Source of the DNA: Camelus dromedarius
Lineage: Eukaryota
DNA length: 64,000 nucleotides
Reading direction: 5' to 3'
NCBI RefSeq assembly: GCF_036321535.1
Contig: NC_087436.1
Location: 50,470,001-50,534,000 of the forward strand
Each line of letters starts with the position of its first letter. Position 1 is the first letter of the stretch. The position numbers and the translations under genes are program-made. Of the stretch, positions 1 through 11,910 are shown piece by piece. The notes under the pieces are model-generated. The model saw only the letters and a list, made by a program, of their open reading frames with translations, was not told the DNA's origin and did not search any database.

Positions 1-43
1 TACATTACTTCATTAACATTTTAAATTGTATAGTTTATTGTCC

Positions 44-1778
44 TTTTTTAACATTTTTAATTGAGTTATAGTCATTTTACAATGTTGTGTCAAATTCCAG
101 TGCAGAGCACAATTTTTCAGTTATACATGAACATACATATACTCATTGTCACATTTTTGTTTGCTGTGAGCTACCACAATATCTTGTATACATGTCCCTG
201 TGCTATACAGTATAATCTTGTTTATCTATTCTGTATATGCCTGTTACTATCTACAAATTTTGAAATCCCAGTCTGTCCCTTCCCACTCCCTGCCCCTTTG
301 GCAACCACAAGTTTGCATTCTATGTCTAGGAGTCTGTTTCTGTTTTGTATTTGTGTTTTTTGTTTTGTATTGTTTTTGTTTTTTTAGATTCCACATATGA
401 GCAATCTCATATGGTATTTTTCTTTCTCTTTCTGGCTTACTTCACTTAGAATGACATTCTCCAGGAACATTCATGTTGCTGCAAATGGTGTTATGTTGTC
501 GGTTTTTATGGCTGAGTAGTATTCCATTGTATAAATATACCACCTCTTCTTTATCCAGTCATCTGTTGATGGACATTTAGGCTGTTTCCATGTCATGGAT
601 ATAAATAGTGCTGCTATGAACATTGGGGTGCAGGTGTCTTTTTGAAGCAAGGTTCCTTCTGGATATATGCCCAGGAACGGGATGACTGGGTCATATGGTA
701 AGTCTATTCCTAGTTCTTTTGAGGAATCTCCATACTGTTTTCCACAGTGGTTGTACCAAACTGCATTCTCACCAGCAGTGGAGGAGGGTTTCCTTTTCTC
801 CACAGCCTCTCCAGCATTTGTCATTTGTGGACTTTTGAATGATGGCCATTCTGACTGGTGTGAGGTGATACCTCATTGTAGTTTTAATTTGCATTTCTCT
901 GATAGTTAGTGATACTGAGTATTTTTTCATGTGCTTATTGATCATTTGTATGTCTTCCTTGGAGAACTGCTTGTTTAGGTCTTCTGCCCATTTTTGGGTT
1001 CGGTTGTTTGTTTTTTTCTTATTATGTCATATGAGCTGCTTATATATTCTGGAGATCAAGCCTATGTCGTTTTCATCATTTGCAAAAATGTTCTCCCATT
1101 CTGTAGGTTGTCGTTTTGTTTTACTTATGGTTTCCTTTGCTGTGCAAAAGCTTGTAAGTTTAATTAGGTCCCATTTGTTTATTCTTGCTTTTATTTCTAT
1201 TGCTTGGGTAGACTGTCCAAGGAGAGCATTTTTGAGATGTATGTCAGATAATGTTTTGCCTATATTTTCCTCTAGGAGGTTTATTATATCTTGTCTTATG
1301 TTTAAGTCTTTGATCCATTTTGAGTTTATTTTTGTATATGGTGTAAGGGAGTGTTCTAGCTTCATTGTTTTACATGCTGCTGTCCAGTTTTCTCAACACC
1401 ATTTGCTGAAGAGACTATCTTTATTCCATGTATATTCTTGCCTCCTTTGTCGAAGATTAGTTGACCAAAAGTTTGTGGGTTCATTTCTGGGCTCTCTATT
1501 CTGTTCCATTGGTCCATATGTCTGTTTCTGTACCAATACCATGCTGTCTTGATGACTGTAGCTCTATAGTATTGTCTGAAGTCTGGGAGAGTTATTCTTC
1601 CAGTCTCTTTCTTTTCCTTCAGTAATGCTTTGGCAATTCTAGGTCTTTTGTGGTTCCATATAAATTTTACTATGATTTGTTCTAGTTCTGTGAAATATGT
1701 CCTGGGTAATTGGATAGGGATTGCATTAAATCTATTGATTGCCTTGGGCAGTAAGACCCTTCTAACAATATTGATTCT
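44..1778 (-). mobile_element. Young 5'-truncated LINE-1 (camelid-type): 3' part of ORF2, 3'UTR and A-rich tail
   Basis: - strand ORFs 1027..1365 ([22 protein letters not shown]...) and 471..824 ([15 protein letters not shown]...[28 protein letters not shown]) are L1 ORF2 C-terminal sequence. T-rich tail at about 44-60. Flanked by a direct repeat (1-47 and 1806-1851). Confidence 0.95.
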
Positions 1779-1805
1779 ATTGATATTGATTTAATCATGA
1801 CTTCA

Positions 1806-1851
1806 TACATTACTTCATTAACATTTTAAACTACATAGTTTAATGTCTTTT
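1806..1851 (+). repeat. Right copy of long target-site duplication of the 44-1778 L1 (left copy 1-47)
   Basis: TACATTACTTCATTAACATTTTAAA is identical at 1-25 and 1806-1830, and similarity continues with mismatches to 42/1847. The right copy ends TTTT|AA, the L1 endonuclease consensus. Confidence 0.8.
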
Positions 1852-2634
1852 AAAGATGAGAAATTCTGTCCAAGGGAAGAATAATGAAACTATCTTCTAT
1901 ACCTAGTATCTTTTATATTTATCTTTCATATTTAGAATATTCTGAGCTGTAAATTTCAGTTTCAGATGTAATAGAAAGGTACCGCCTATTAAAGGAAAGA
2001 GGTTTATAGAAGCTTTTACTTTTAATAAGATGCTGAACCAATGACTCACACAGACTAGTGTCTATTTTCAGAAAAAGTCATTTTTATGAGGAAATCTCAT
2101 CTTCACTCTGGTACTTCTTGATACTTTCATGACTGTGTTGCATGGAAGCCTCCTGGGGAAAGCAGTCACAAAAGAAACAAGCCTAAGAGCTCATGAGCCT
2201 GGACCAGCTAAAGCCAAATCCATGGGAAAATGTCCTCTCCCGGCCTGTTGCTGCCCTCCTGTATCTTGGCAGAGTACTCAGGCATAGCAGGCAATTAAGA
2301 CATGGTTTGAGAATCTGGATACAGCAATTGAAATCCTGGGCACTGAATTGCATCACAGCTGTCACCACTGCAGGGAACAGAATAAGGAAATGCAACAGAA
2401 ACAGGAGGTCCTACAGAATATTCAGAGGGCACTTAAACTTAGCCAATTTTCTCTCAAAAAAGGATGACAGCTCCATCTTCTCAACAAGGCTCTAAATAGT
2501 AATGATGGTTATCATTGCAAACAAATCTTGGCATTGTCACTCTTTTGCGTTATCTTGTGTTGTTCAATAGATATACAGTTCAAACTCATTTTTTAAATCT
2601 TAGATTGGAAGGTGCAGTCATATCAGAGCTTCTT

Positions 2635-2744
2635 TTTTAATTTGTTATTTATTTTTTGGAGGAGGGGAGGTAATTAGGGGATTTAACCCAGGACCTTATG
2701 CATGCTAAGCATGTGCTCTACCATTTGAGCTATACTCTTCCCCC
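2635..2744 (-). mobile_element. tRNA-derived SINE (camelid Vic-1 type) with 15-bp TSD
   Basis: Reverse complement reads GGGGGAAGAGTATAGCTCAAATGGTAGAGCACATGCTTAGCATGCATAAGGTCCTGGGTTAAATCCCC (A box and B box), then an A-rich tail. TSD ATATCAGAGCTTCTT at 2620-2634 and 2746-2760. Confidence 0.9.
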
Positions 2745-3045
2745 AATATCAGAGCTTCTTAAATGGACTAAAGAAGCACCAACATTGTTTATTAGGAAGA
2801 AAATGCCTCATGAATAAACAGAAACCTCCAAACTATGTCTTCATTGATGGTTATTCTACAATGCTTTTGAAATAGCTCATATACCACTAAATATCAATTT
2901 CCCCCATTTAAAGATGAATAAAGATAAGAATTTTTCTGCAGTAATATAAAAATAAATATTGAAAAGCAAAAATTAAGATCACTAATATTTTTCTTTCTTA
3001 TTTTCCCATAATCTCTCCTACCCTCCATAGAGGGATTAATGTCAT

Positions 3046-3050
<5 letters not shown>

Positions 3051-3080
<30 letters not shown>
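3051..3080. repeat. (TG)15 microsatellite
   Basis: Read directly. Confidence 0.95.
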
Positions 3081-3084
<4 letters not shown>

Positions 3085-4184
3085 AATCAGACCATTTGCC
3101 CTTCATTTGACGAACCCACTTCTTTCCTGTACTTCATTCCTTTTGAAATTGTTACAAGAAAGCAATTTCTTACTATTCACTCGAGGAAATTAGTTTTGGA
3201 TCAAAACAGTTCTAAAGTCTGACCATGTAGTTCAGGTTTCCCATCATGGCCTTTCAAGATAATGTCCACATAAGTCCAGCCAATTAGTTAGCTGGCAGTC
3301 TTCTCCCTCTTATTTAATCATTTTTCAGTAAAAGCCAAGATTTCTGACTCACTGGTTATGGAATTTTTCCTTGAATCTCAGTAATGCAAGAAAGCCTACA
3401 GTACTAATATGACACTTCTATTAACACAGTTATAATACATGCTGTCTCTAAAATTTCCAGTTCAGGAAAATAAAACTTGCTTCTCCTGAATAAATTCTCT
3501 CCCAAAGTCTTCAACATTCTAATCTAACTAAAAAATAATATACAGCAAGATGTTCTTCCACATTCAAGTCTGGCACTTGAGCATCTCACAGAGCTGAACA
3601 ATATCACCCCATTGCTATAAGCATTTTCTCAGCAAGCTACATTCTAAAGCTAAGCTGGGGTTTGAAAAGCATTTTTTACACATTTGCATCTTTAAGCTCC
3701 TAGACTCCTAACAGTTTTGAGAGCAGTCAACCAGGTATTGTACAAGCTCTTCAGGCAAATGCAGAACAGTAGAAAATAATGTCTTCTCCTTCAAGCAGAG
3801 AGAATAATTCCAGCTTAAAGGAAGAATATGGGTTTAAATGAAAAACAAAACAAAAAAATAACATTAAGGAATAAGACAAGGGATATTACCTGGATGACCT
3901 TAATGGTCCCTGACTTAATAACATTTGGGAGACAACTGATCAAACTTCTATTTCACTCTGCTTGTATAGATATAACTTGTGTGTATATTCAGGAAAATTA
4001 CCACAACCTTCCAAATTATAACTAAGTGATGTGATACCTAGTTAGCAGTTCATATGTCTTCTGTCCTTTCTAAATCCAGGAGTCTTCACTTATGCAGTAT
4101 GTATCCTGGATCTTCTGAAAACTATCATCTAGTGTGAAAATAAGGCTTAACTCTTCTCCTTGTCTCTGAACAAGGACCTGAAGA

Positions 4185-4320
4185 GCCCAGCTTCTGTCCA
4201 TGTTCTGCTGCCTGTAGCCTAGATGAATTTAATGTGTTCTCATCTGCACAATGGGGATAATTTTGCCTTTCAGAGTTTGGTGAGTATAAACTTAAATAAT
4301 GAATGAAGAAAATCTTTGAG
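4185..4320 (+). mobile_element. MIR SINE remnant
   Basis: Core-like ttctcatctgcacaatggggataat...ttggtgagtataaa..taaataat. Confidence 0.5.
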
Positions 4321-5289
4321 AAGAAATGCAGACTGCTATATCAGTGTAAATATTTATTTTTTCATAGTCATATACCATGAATTAATCACATACAACTCTT
4401 CAAATATATGCATAAATGTTATTCAAATCCAGTACTACCTAAAGCAAATGTCAAATTTTGCCACAGACACTAAAGTAAAATAAATACTTTCTGGGTCTTC
4501 CCTAAAGCTTTCCTGGACAACAGAGAAGAGGAACAGATTCAAATATATTACTATTTTGTTTTTAAAGTTATTTGAACTTTTAAATTAAATTGAAATATGT
4601 AAACATAAACCTTATGAGCTTTATTTAATACCAGCTGGGTAATCAATTACAGGTGGACAGAAAGATCATTTAGGTACCAGAGGTCTGTGCCTTTCAAATG
4701 AAGGTGCCACGTCTTGATTGCATCCTCTTCTTCACTTACCTTCCCTTCTTAATCAATGGCCAAATCCTCCTAAATATATCGTAAATATGTCTTTCTCTTT
4801 TCATCCATTTAAACACTGCTACCGGCCTACTGGATTCTGGTCCAGTGCACCATCACACAGATAGTACAGATACCCAACTATTTTAAAACAAGAAAATCTA
4901 CAGTCTCATACTTTACTAGAGAGACCTCCGTCTATTTTAAAAGCATGTAATAAGAATCTCTTGATTGCACAACACTGTACTAGCTTTCCTAAGTTAGAGT
5001 TGTTTAGAATGATTCATCATCTCCAGATAGTCATTTCAGTTTTTCACTCAGGAATAGACCCATATAAACCTGTATTTCAAGATTACACATAACATCAGGA
5101 CTTAATAGGGTATACTGAGGAACCAGCAGAGTAAAAAATACTCTTTATTTTCAAAGAATAATACTAGCACCATAATGTTGCATATTACTCTTGGTCTTGA
5201 TCCTATCTTTCAAAAGCACCAGCCTCAGTAAACTCTCTCAAACCACCATGGTTAAATATAGAAAAAATATATTTGGTCCTTCTGCAGAT

Positions 5290-5740
5290 TATCTTGGCCA
5301 CTTTTATTTCTATATTCTATATTTCAACCACACATAAATTTTTTCTACTTTTCAAATGTTCTACATTGTCTTTCACTATAAATCATTTTATAAATGCTGA
5401 TGTCTTTACTTGGACACTCATTACTCAAAGACCCTCCTCCATCAGCTCATTTTAGTTTACATATCATTCATATTGTTTCTCAAAGACACTCCTCTGGGAA
5501 GCCTCATCTGACTGTTCTTGAATACATAAGAGTCTCTGATGTAAGTTCATGTTGTATCCTCTTAGTCTCCAAATGGAGCTGTTGCCAGAGTTGTTGTAAT
5601 GAAGACTAATTTCTTTTTTTATTGGATAGTAAGCTTCATGAAGGTAGGAGCTGTGTCATTCTTATTCACTTTTTTATCTCAAGCACTTAATACTGTATCT
5701 GGTATATATCAACAGCTCAGAGTATTTGTTGAATGGATGA
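5290..5740 (+). mobile_element. L2 LINE 3' remnant
   Basis: Typical L2 3' end: gtaagcttcatgaaggtaggagctgtgtc...gtatttgttgaatggatga. Confidence 0.65.
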
Positions 5741-5892
5741 AGACTCCAGAACTCAATGTCTAGCTCTTCTGTGAATGTTTCCTATCTTTTTCAGCCCTTT
5801 CTATCTCCATCATATTACATTAATATGTTAACCCAAATTTGAGATTTTACTCTTTTGTTATTCATTAAAGGTATGACTGTTTTTAGCCACTT

Positions 5893-6300
5893 ATATCAAT
5901 CAGTGTCCTTAGTTACAAGCAACAGAAAGTGATTCTCACTATAATTATATACTTTGAGTAAATCAAAGAATCTAAAAAAGCCCAGTAACTAGTAATCATA
6001 GAGAATTCCCAACCAAGGAAATGCCTAAATTCATATAAAAAAAACAAAACAAAACTGGTCTCATGAAGATATCAAGCTACCACCCATGGATGCAGACACC
6101 TTAGGTAATTCCCCCAACCCCAGCAGTGCTAGCCATTATGTACTCCTACTATCCCCCCATCACTGTTGTCTGTTGCTTCTGGAGCGAGGAAGCAGCGGTG
6201 CCCACTGCCTCACCTCACCGGAATGCATCCTAAGTGGTGCCTCGTTTATCTCAAAATGTGTGTCTGCTTGTCAGAGCTGGGCCAGATGCAGCAGAGGCAG
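5893..6300 (-). mobile_element. Ancient MaLR (MLT1-type) LTR remnant
   Basis: tatatcaatcagtgtccttagttacaagcaacagaaa resembles the reverse complement of an MLT1 3' terminus. Right boundary uncertain. Confidence 0.45.
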
Positions 6301-6832
6301 GGAAGAGGGGTGCTCTCGTGGAGACACAGGCAATCTCATGAGATAGAAGAAGCTTCAAACTCCAGGTGTGGTGTTGGGACAAAAAAGGGGAAATGTCTAC
6401 TATAACCCACACAATTATTTCATGAGTTAGGATGAGTGAATCTTGATAGGGACAAAATCCTATCTTATTGTTCTGTGTTATTTCTCAAAGCACCCAGAAC
6501 AATGTACTACATGGAGTAGAACGTAAATGATTAATGTTTTAATATAGTAACAGGCTTTCAGGAAAAAACAGCAAATAAACTCACATCAAACAATGCCACT
6601 GAGAGGGGCTTCAAAAACCCCATTTGAAAGCAGGGTCCAAATTTTACCACAATCCATGTGACCTTCTTAGTTATGCCAAACCATCTGTGACATTACAGAT
6701 CTCGGCCTATTTAACCGCAGTGCAAAATATGCGAAGCAAATTTTCCTTTAAGCAGCCAGCAGGTGCTGACTGCTTAGCAACATGGAATAATGAAGTGATT
6801 ACGGGACTTCATAAAGAATATTGTAGACTTAC

Positions 6833-6929
6833 ACGGTATTAGGAAGAAGACATCATGTGCCATGAAGAAGCCAACCCTCCAGTAACAGATTCTCAGACAG
6901 CCAATCAATAGCATCACTCAGAGGAATGC
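6833..6929 (-). other. Candidate 97-nt exon of an unidentified - strand gene
   Basis: Acceptor TTTTATAACTTCTGTCTACCAG| and donor CGT|GTAAGTC. Lies in non-repetitive DNA next to a CpG-retaining stretch. All three frames contain a stop. Confidence 0.3.
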
Positions 6930-7899
6930 CTGGTAGACAGAAGTTATAAAATTTGACTCATTTATCCTTGAAAGCAAGCATTCCACCAATGCAGCAATGA
7001 CAGAGAGATCAAAAACAGATTGAATATAGATGCATGGTCTTTCAGTAATAAAAGTTATTTCATCTCTTTATACTAGAGCAACGGTATGAATTAGAGGATA
7101 CTTAGGAGATTTTAAAACTTCATTTCACAAAGCCAGGATTAATAAAGATTCACTGGCATGGTATTATTTACATGAACAAGAAAGAAAGATTTTATTTTCT
7201 GCCAGAACTGTTGAAGTATCCTAGTTGAATGAGCTTCCTGCAGTAGGCTATGACCAGGCTGGCCAGAGAACAATTACATTACTAGCTTGCTTTTTACCCC
7301 TAAGCTTGGATATAAAATTAAATCTATGCAGAAGCAATTTCAAAAAAATACACATAAAAGAGATTACCATGGCTTTTCTTCTCACACACATATCTGTTCA
7401 ATAAAATCTTACTATCTGAAGTGTAGTAATCATTCAGGAAGAATAAAGAAAGAAAAGTTTGAAAAAGAAATAATTTCTCTATCCAACAGTTTATACTGTG
7501 GTGACAGGATTTCACACAGCTTTCACAGATTAAAAGTCCTGAATAGTGTTACAACCTTTGAGAAAGCTTTTAGTTTTTCTCTATATACCTTTTTCGAAAA
7601 TGATTAAGATTTCAAGCCATGCCCAAAACATAAGTTCTAAAATTTTTCTTTAAATCTATGCAATAGGAAAACTCGGTGTCTTTCAGAAGTGCTTTTCCTT
7701 AGTCCTGACCAAAACACTAAATTGGCAAAAAAAAAAAATTAGGTATAAATTAAACAGATAAAAAGTATGACTTTTCATATCTTTCACATGCCTTGGCCCA
7801 AAACAATTTCTTTAGATAAAAAGAAGATACTAGTAAATATGTTCAGAACAAAGCCATTTTTACAGCAATGAGGATACTGAATATTCCTTTATGCCTATA

Positions 7900-8955
7900 C
7901 AGAGCAGAGGCTACCAGCAGTCTCCTATATCCATTCCACTCTCTTTCTTGAAGGCTTCTTTTAATAAGCACTAACTTTTACCTACCCACACAGCCACCCA
8001 TCATACATGGTACATTTCTCAGGGTCCTTAACAGGTGGATGTGGTCTGATGACTGAGAATCAGACAACTCAACAGAAGCCAAATGTTTCAGAGTAGCTTC
8101 AAGGAGCCCTGCCTTAATGATGGCCAGTGAATGCCCTTTTGGCTCCTTTTGCCTTTATCCATTTTTCACCCACTGCTCAGAGTATGATCAACATTTTGAA
8201 CTATGGGAATGAGGCTCATTCTTTAGGGATGGCAAAGCAGAATCTGAAAGGAATCTCACTCCTTGTACTACCTGCTCTGAACTTCTACAGGAGAAAAGTA
8301 AATTTCCCTCCTGTTTAAACCAGTTATCTGGGGTCTGTATAAATCACAGGCAAAATCAAATCCTACACACATGCATTGATACAATATATACAGAAGCTAC
8401 TGCTAGAGGCCTATTCAGTAGCCCTTCTCCCCTTGTTTCTTTAAAAAAAAAAAAAGAATTATAACTCTGTCCTAGAAACAACTTTCCTAGACCCAAGAAA
8501 AAAAATCGTAAGTGGGTGAATATATTCATGTCAATTCCATGACCCTCTGCCAGATAATAATTTTCTCAGCTTTCTTACAGCAAAAGAATCAAATATCTAG
8601 TTCTAGTCAAAATAAGGGAAGACTTATGAAATTACGTTTCTCTCTGATGAAAAGAAGACCCCTTTCTCCACTCAGCCTTCCCCTACAGCCAGTAATGCCC
8701 TTGAATGAAGATATGGCACTTGAGGTTGTGGCAGTGACCTTATACTCATGAAACAAGAAGACTCTGGGGGAAAAAGTCATCAAGTATAGAAAATCAGGGT
8801 AAGGATGTTAGGATTACATTCCCGAGCCATCCCACTAATCTGAGAAGCACTTTTCTTCAGACCCCTTGATTACCTGAAATAATTCAACATCTTAAATGAT
8901 TTAAGTCACTACTGGTCTGGTATTCGATCACAGCAGAAAGCTTCCTCTACTGACA
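7900..8955 (+). mobile_element. Two adjacent degenerate MaLR (MLT1-type) LTR remnants (about 7900-8370 and 8395-8955)
   Basis: MLT1-like 3' ends (gtttaaaccagttatctggggtctg...cctacaca; ttaagtcactactggtctgg...ctactgacaca). Confidence 0.4.
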
Positions 8956-10119
8956 CATTTTAGTACTTATGTAGAAAAAAATATGTTAATAAAGCTATCT
9001 TTAGAAATTAGAATAACAGGAGGACTTACATTCATAGTTTTATATTTGAAATGGCTGGATTTGTTTATTATAAATATAAGTAACTTTATAACAAAAAATA
9101 ATTTTATTACAAAGAATGAATAGTCACAGAACTTCTTTAAATATTTGTTTAAATCTAGCTCATTATGGCTAGAAATATTCTGTTTGTATTTTCTTTATAA
9201 TTGAAAAATGGTAAACATTTAAATATTTGACTATAATAGGTATTGTATCTTAATCTCATAGTCATCTTGCTTATCAATAAATATTTAATAAATGAGACAT
9301 TTTATTTGATATTCTAATATGCAAAGGTTTTTAAATAAAACCCACTTTACAGAGAGAGTATGATGTCTGACTACCTACCAAATAAATGCATTTTTTTAAA
9401 TTCAAGACAGAAGGAAGGAATCAGGAAATCCAAGTTAATGACTCAAAAAGGAGTGAAAAATTGTCTGAAATATAGTCTTTCTAGGACAGGGCATTACTCT
9501 TTAAAAGTAAGATAAAACTATAGGTATCTTAGAGTTATTAGGGAGAGGTGGGGAGTAGGGTATAGTCAGGAATGGAAAGAAAGCAAAGGACGTCCATACC
9601 TATTATAAGCACCTGATTGAAGCTACCAGAAAGCAAGCCAGCTAATAACTGACTAAAATATTGCAAAGAATAAGAGCCAAAAAATAGACTGTGTGTTAGG
9701 ATAAAGAGGAAATCGACAGAGGTTCAGAATTAGAAATAGGGTAGCCAGAGATTAGACAATGTTCAGGTGAGTCTAAAGCAAAACAGAAACTAATTGCATA
9801 AACCTGGCCCATCTAACACCTCATTCCATATCTGTGCATCTTATTGCACCTCAAGAAACTGGGAGCAAATTTTCAGTAAATTTAATTTTAATTAACTTCT
9901 ATATGTATAGAGCACATAATTGAAAAGATGCAAGAGGGTACAAAGTAAAATATAAGTCCCCCTTCCTGCCTGTCTCATACCACCTAGGTCTCTCCCTCAT
10001 ACAACTATTACCAATTTCTTGGGTGTATTAGGGAAATAGTAAAGGGCACAAGGGGAAAAAATGAAAAAAATTGACTGCTATTTGGGATTAATTTTAAATG
10101 AATTAAAAAGCATTGGTTG

Positions 10120-11910
10120 CATTGGTTGTTCATGACTTGGAAGACTTAATATGAAGATGACAATACTCCCCAAACGGATCTACAAATTCAACACAATCCA
10201 TGTCAAAATTTCAGCTGTACCTTTTTTTTTTTTCAAGTTTGACAAGCTGCTTCTAATAATCATTTGGAATTATAAGGGACACCAAATGGCCAAATTAATC
10301 TTGAAAATGAAGAACAAAATTGGAGAACTCACACTTGCTGGTCTCAAAACTTACTACAAAGCTACTGTAATCAAGACTATGGCTCCCTTACACCATATAC
10401 AAAAATCAGCTCAAAAGGGATTAAAGACTTAAACATAAGACAAGATACAATAAACCTCCTAGAGGAAAACATAGGCAAAACATTATCTGACATACATTTC
10501 AAAAATTTTCTCCTAGAAGAAATAAAAGCAAGAATAAACAAATGGGACCTGATGAAACTTACAAGCTTCTGCACAGCAAAGGAAACCAGAAGTAAAACAA
10601 AACGACAACCTACAGAATGGGAGAACACTTTTGCAAATGATGAAAACGACATAGGCTTGATCTCCAGAATATATAAGCAGCTCATACGACTCAATAAGAA
10701 AAAAACAAACAACCGAACCCAAAAATGGGCAGAAGACCTAAACAAGCAATTCTCCAAGGAAGACATACAAATGATCAATAAGCACATGAAAAAAAATGCT
10801 CAATATCACTAATTATCAGAGAAATGCAAATCAAAACTACAATGAGGTATAACCTCACACCAGTCAGAATGGCCGTCATTCAAAAATCCACAAATGACAA
10901 ATGCTGGAGAGGCTGTGGAGAAAGGGGAACCCTCCTACACTGCTGGTGGGAATGCAGTTTGGTACAACCACTGTGGAAAACAGTATGGAGATTCCTCAAA
11001 AGACTAGGAATAGACTTACCATATGACCCAGGAATCCCACTGCGGGGCTTGTATCCAGAAGGAAATCTACTTCAGGATGACACCTGCACCCCAATGTTCA
11101 TAGCAGCACTATTTACAATAGCCAAAACATGGAAACAGCCTAAATGTCCATCAACAGGTGACTGGATAAAGAAGAGGTGGTATATTTATACAATGGAATA
11201 CTACTCAGCCATAAAAACCGACAACATAATGCCATTTGCAGCAACATGGATGCTCCTGGAGAATGTCATTCTAAGTGAAGTAAGCCAGAAAGAGAAAGAA
11301 AAATACCATATGAGATCGCTCATATGTGGAATCTAAAAAACAAAAACAAACAAACAAACAAAAACAAAGCGTAAATACAGGACAGAAATAGACTCACAGA
11401 TAGAGAATACAGACTTGTGGTTGCCAGGGGGGTGGAAGGTGGGAAGCGATAGTCTGGGATTTCAAAATTGTAGAATAGATAAACAAGATTACACTGTATA
11501 GCACAGGGAAATATACACAAAATGTTATGATAACTCACAGAGAAAAAAATGTGACAATGAGTGTGTATATGTCCACAAATGATTGAAAAATTGTGCTGAA
11601 CACTGGAACTTGACACAACATTGTAAAATGATTATAAATCAATAAAAAATTAAAAAAAAATAAAGACTATGGCCTGAGAACAGATACAGAGATCAATGAA
11701 ATAGAATTGGCAGTTACAATAATTTTCAACTAATTTTCTGCAAGGATGCTAAGACAATTCAAGTAGGCATGAGGGATCTTTCTGGAGTAATGAAAATATT
11801 CTAAAATTGTGGGGATGGCTGTCCAACTCTGTAACTTTACTTAAAGCTCATTGAAATGTATACTTAAAATAGGTGAATATTTTAATATGAAAATTATACT
11901 TCAATAAAAG
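10120..11910 (+). mobile_element. Old L1M remnant (about 10120-10383 and 11663-11910) split by a younger L1
   Basis: ORF 10151 (MTILPKRIYKFNTI...[20 protein letters not shown]) is L1 ORF2. It resumes after the insert (agaacagatacagagatcaatgaaatagaa), followed by an old L1M 3'UTR. Confidence 0.8.
10384..11662 (+). mobile_element. Young 5'-truncated LINE-1, same family as 44-1778, with 11-bp TSD
   Basis: ORF 10824..11336 is the ORF2 C-terminus with the CCHC motif ([18 protein letters not shown]). Has 3'UTR, AATAAA and poly(A). TSD AAGACTATGGC at 10373-10383 and 11663-11673. Confidence 0.95.

Noticed and set aside
929..1552. 207-aa + strand ORF, the longest in the track, and its twin 10377..10787
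   Set aside because: Antisense shadow of L1 ORF2, not a gene.
3890..3947. Possible - strand exon SLISCLPNVIKSGTIKVIQ with CAG|GTAAT donor
   Set aside because: The acceptor context is purine-rich (CAGAGTGAAATAG) with no pyrimidine tract.
6852..6854. In-frame TGA as a selenocysteine codon
   Set aside because: No resemblance to a known selenoprotein and no SECIS recognised.
10824..11336. 170-aa ORF with CCHC motif as a functional zinc-finger gene
   Set aside because: C-terminus of a 5'-truncated, frameshifted L1 ORF2 with no promoter.
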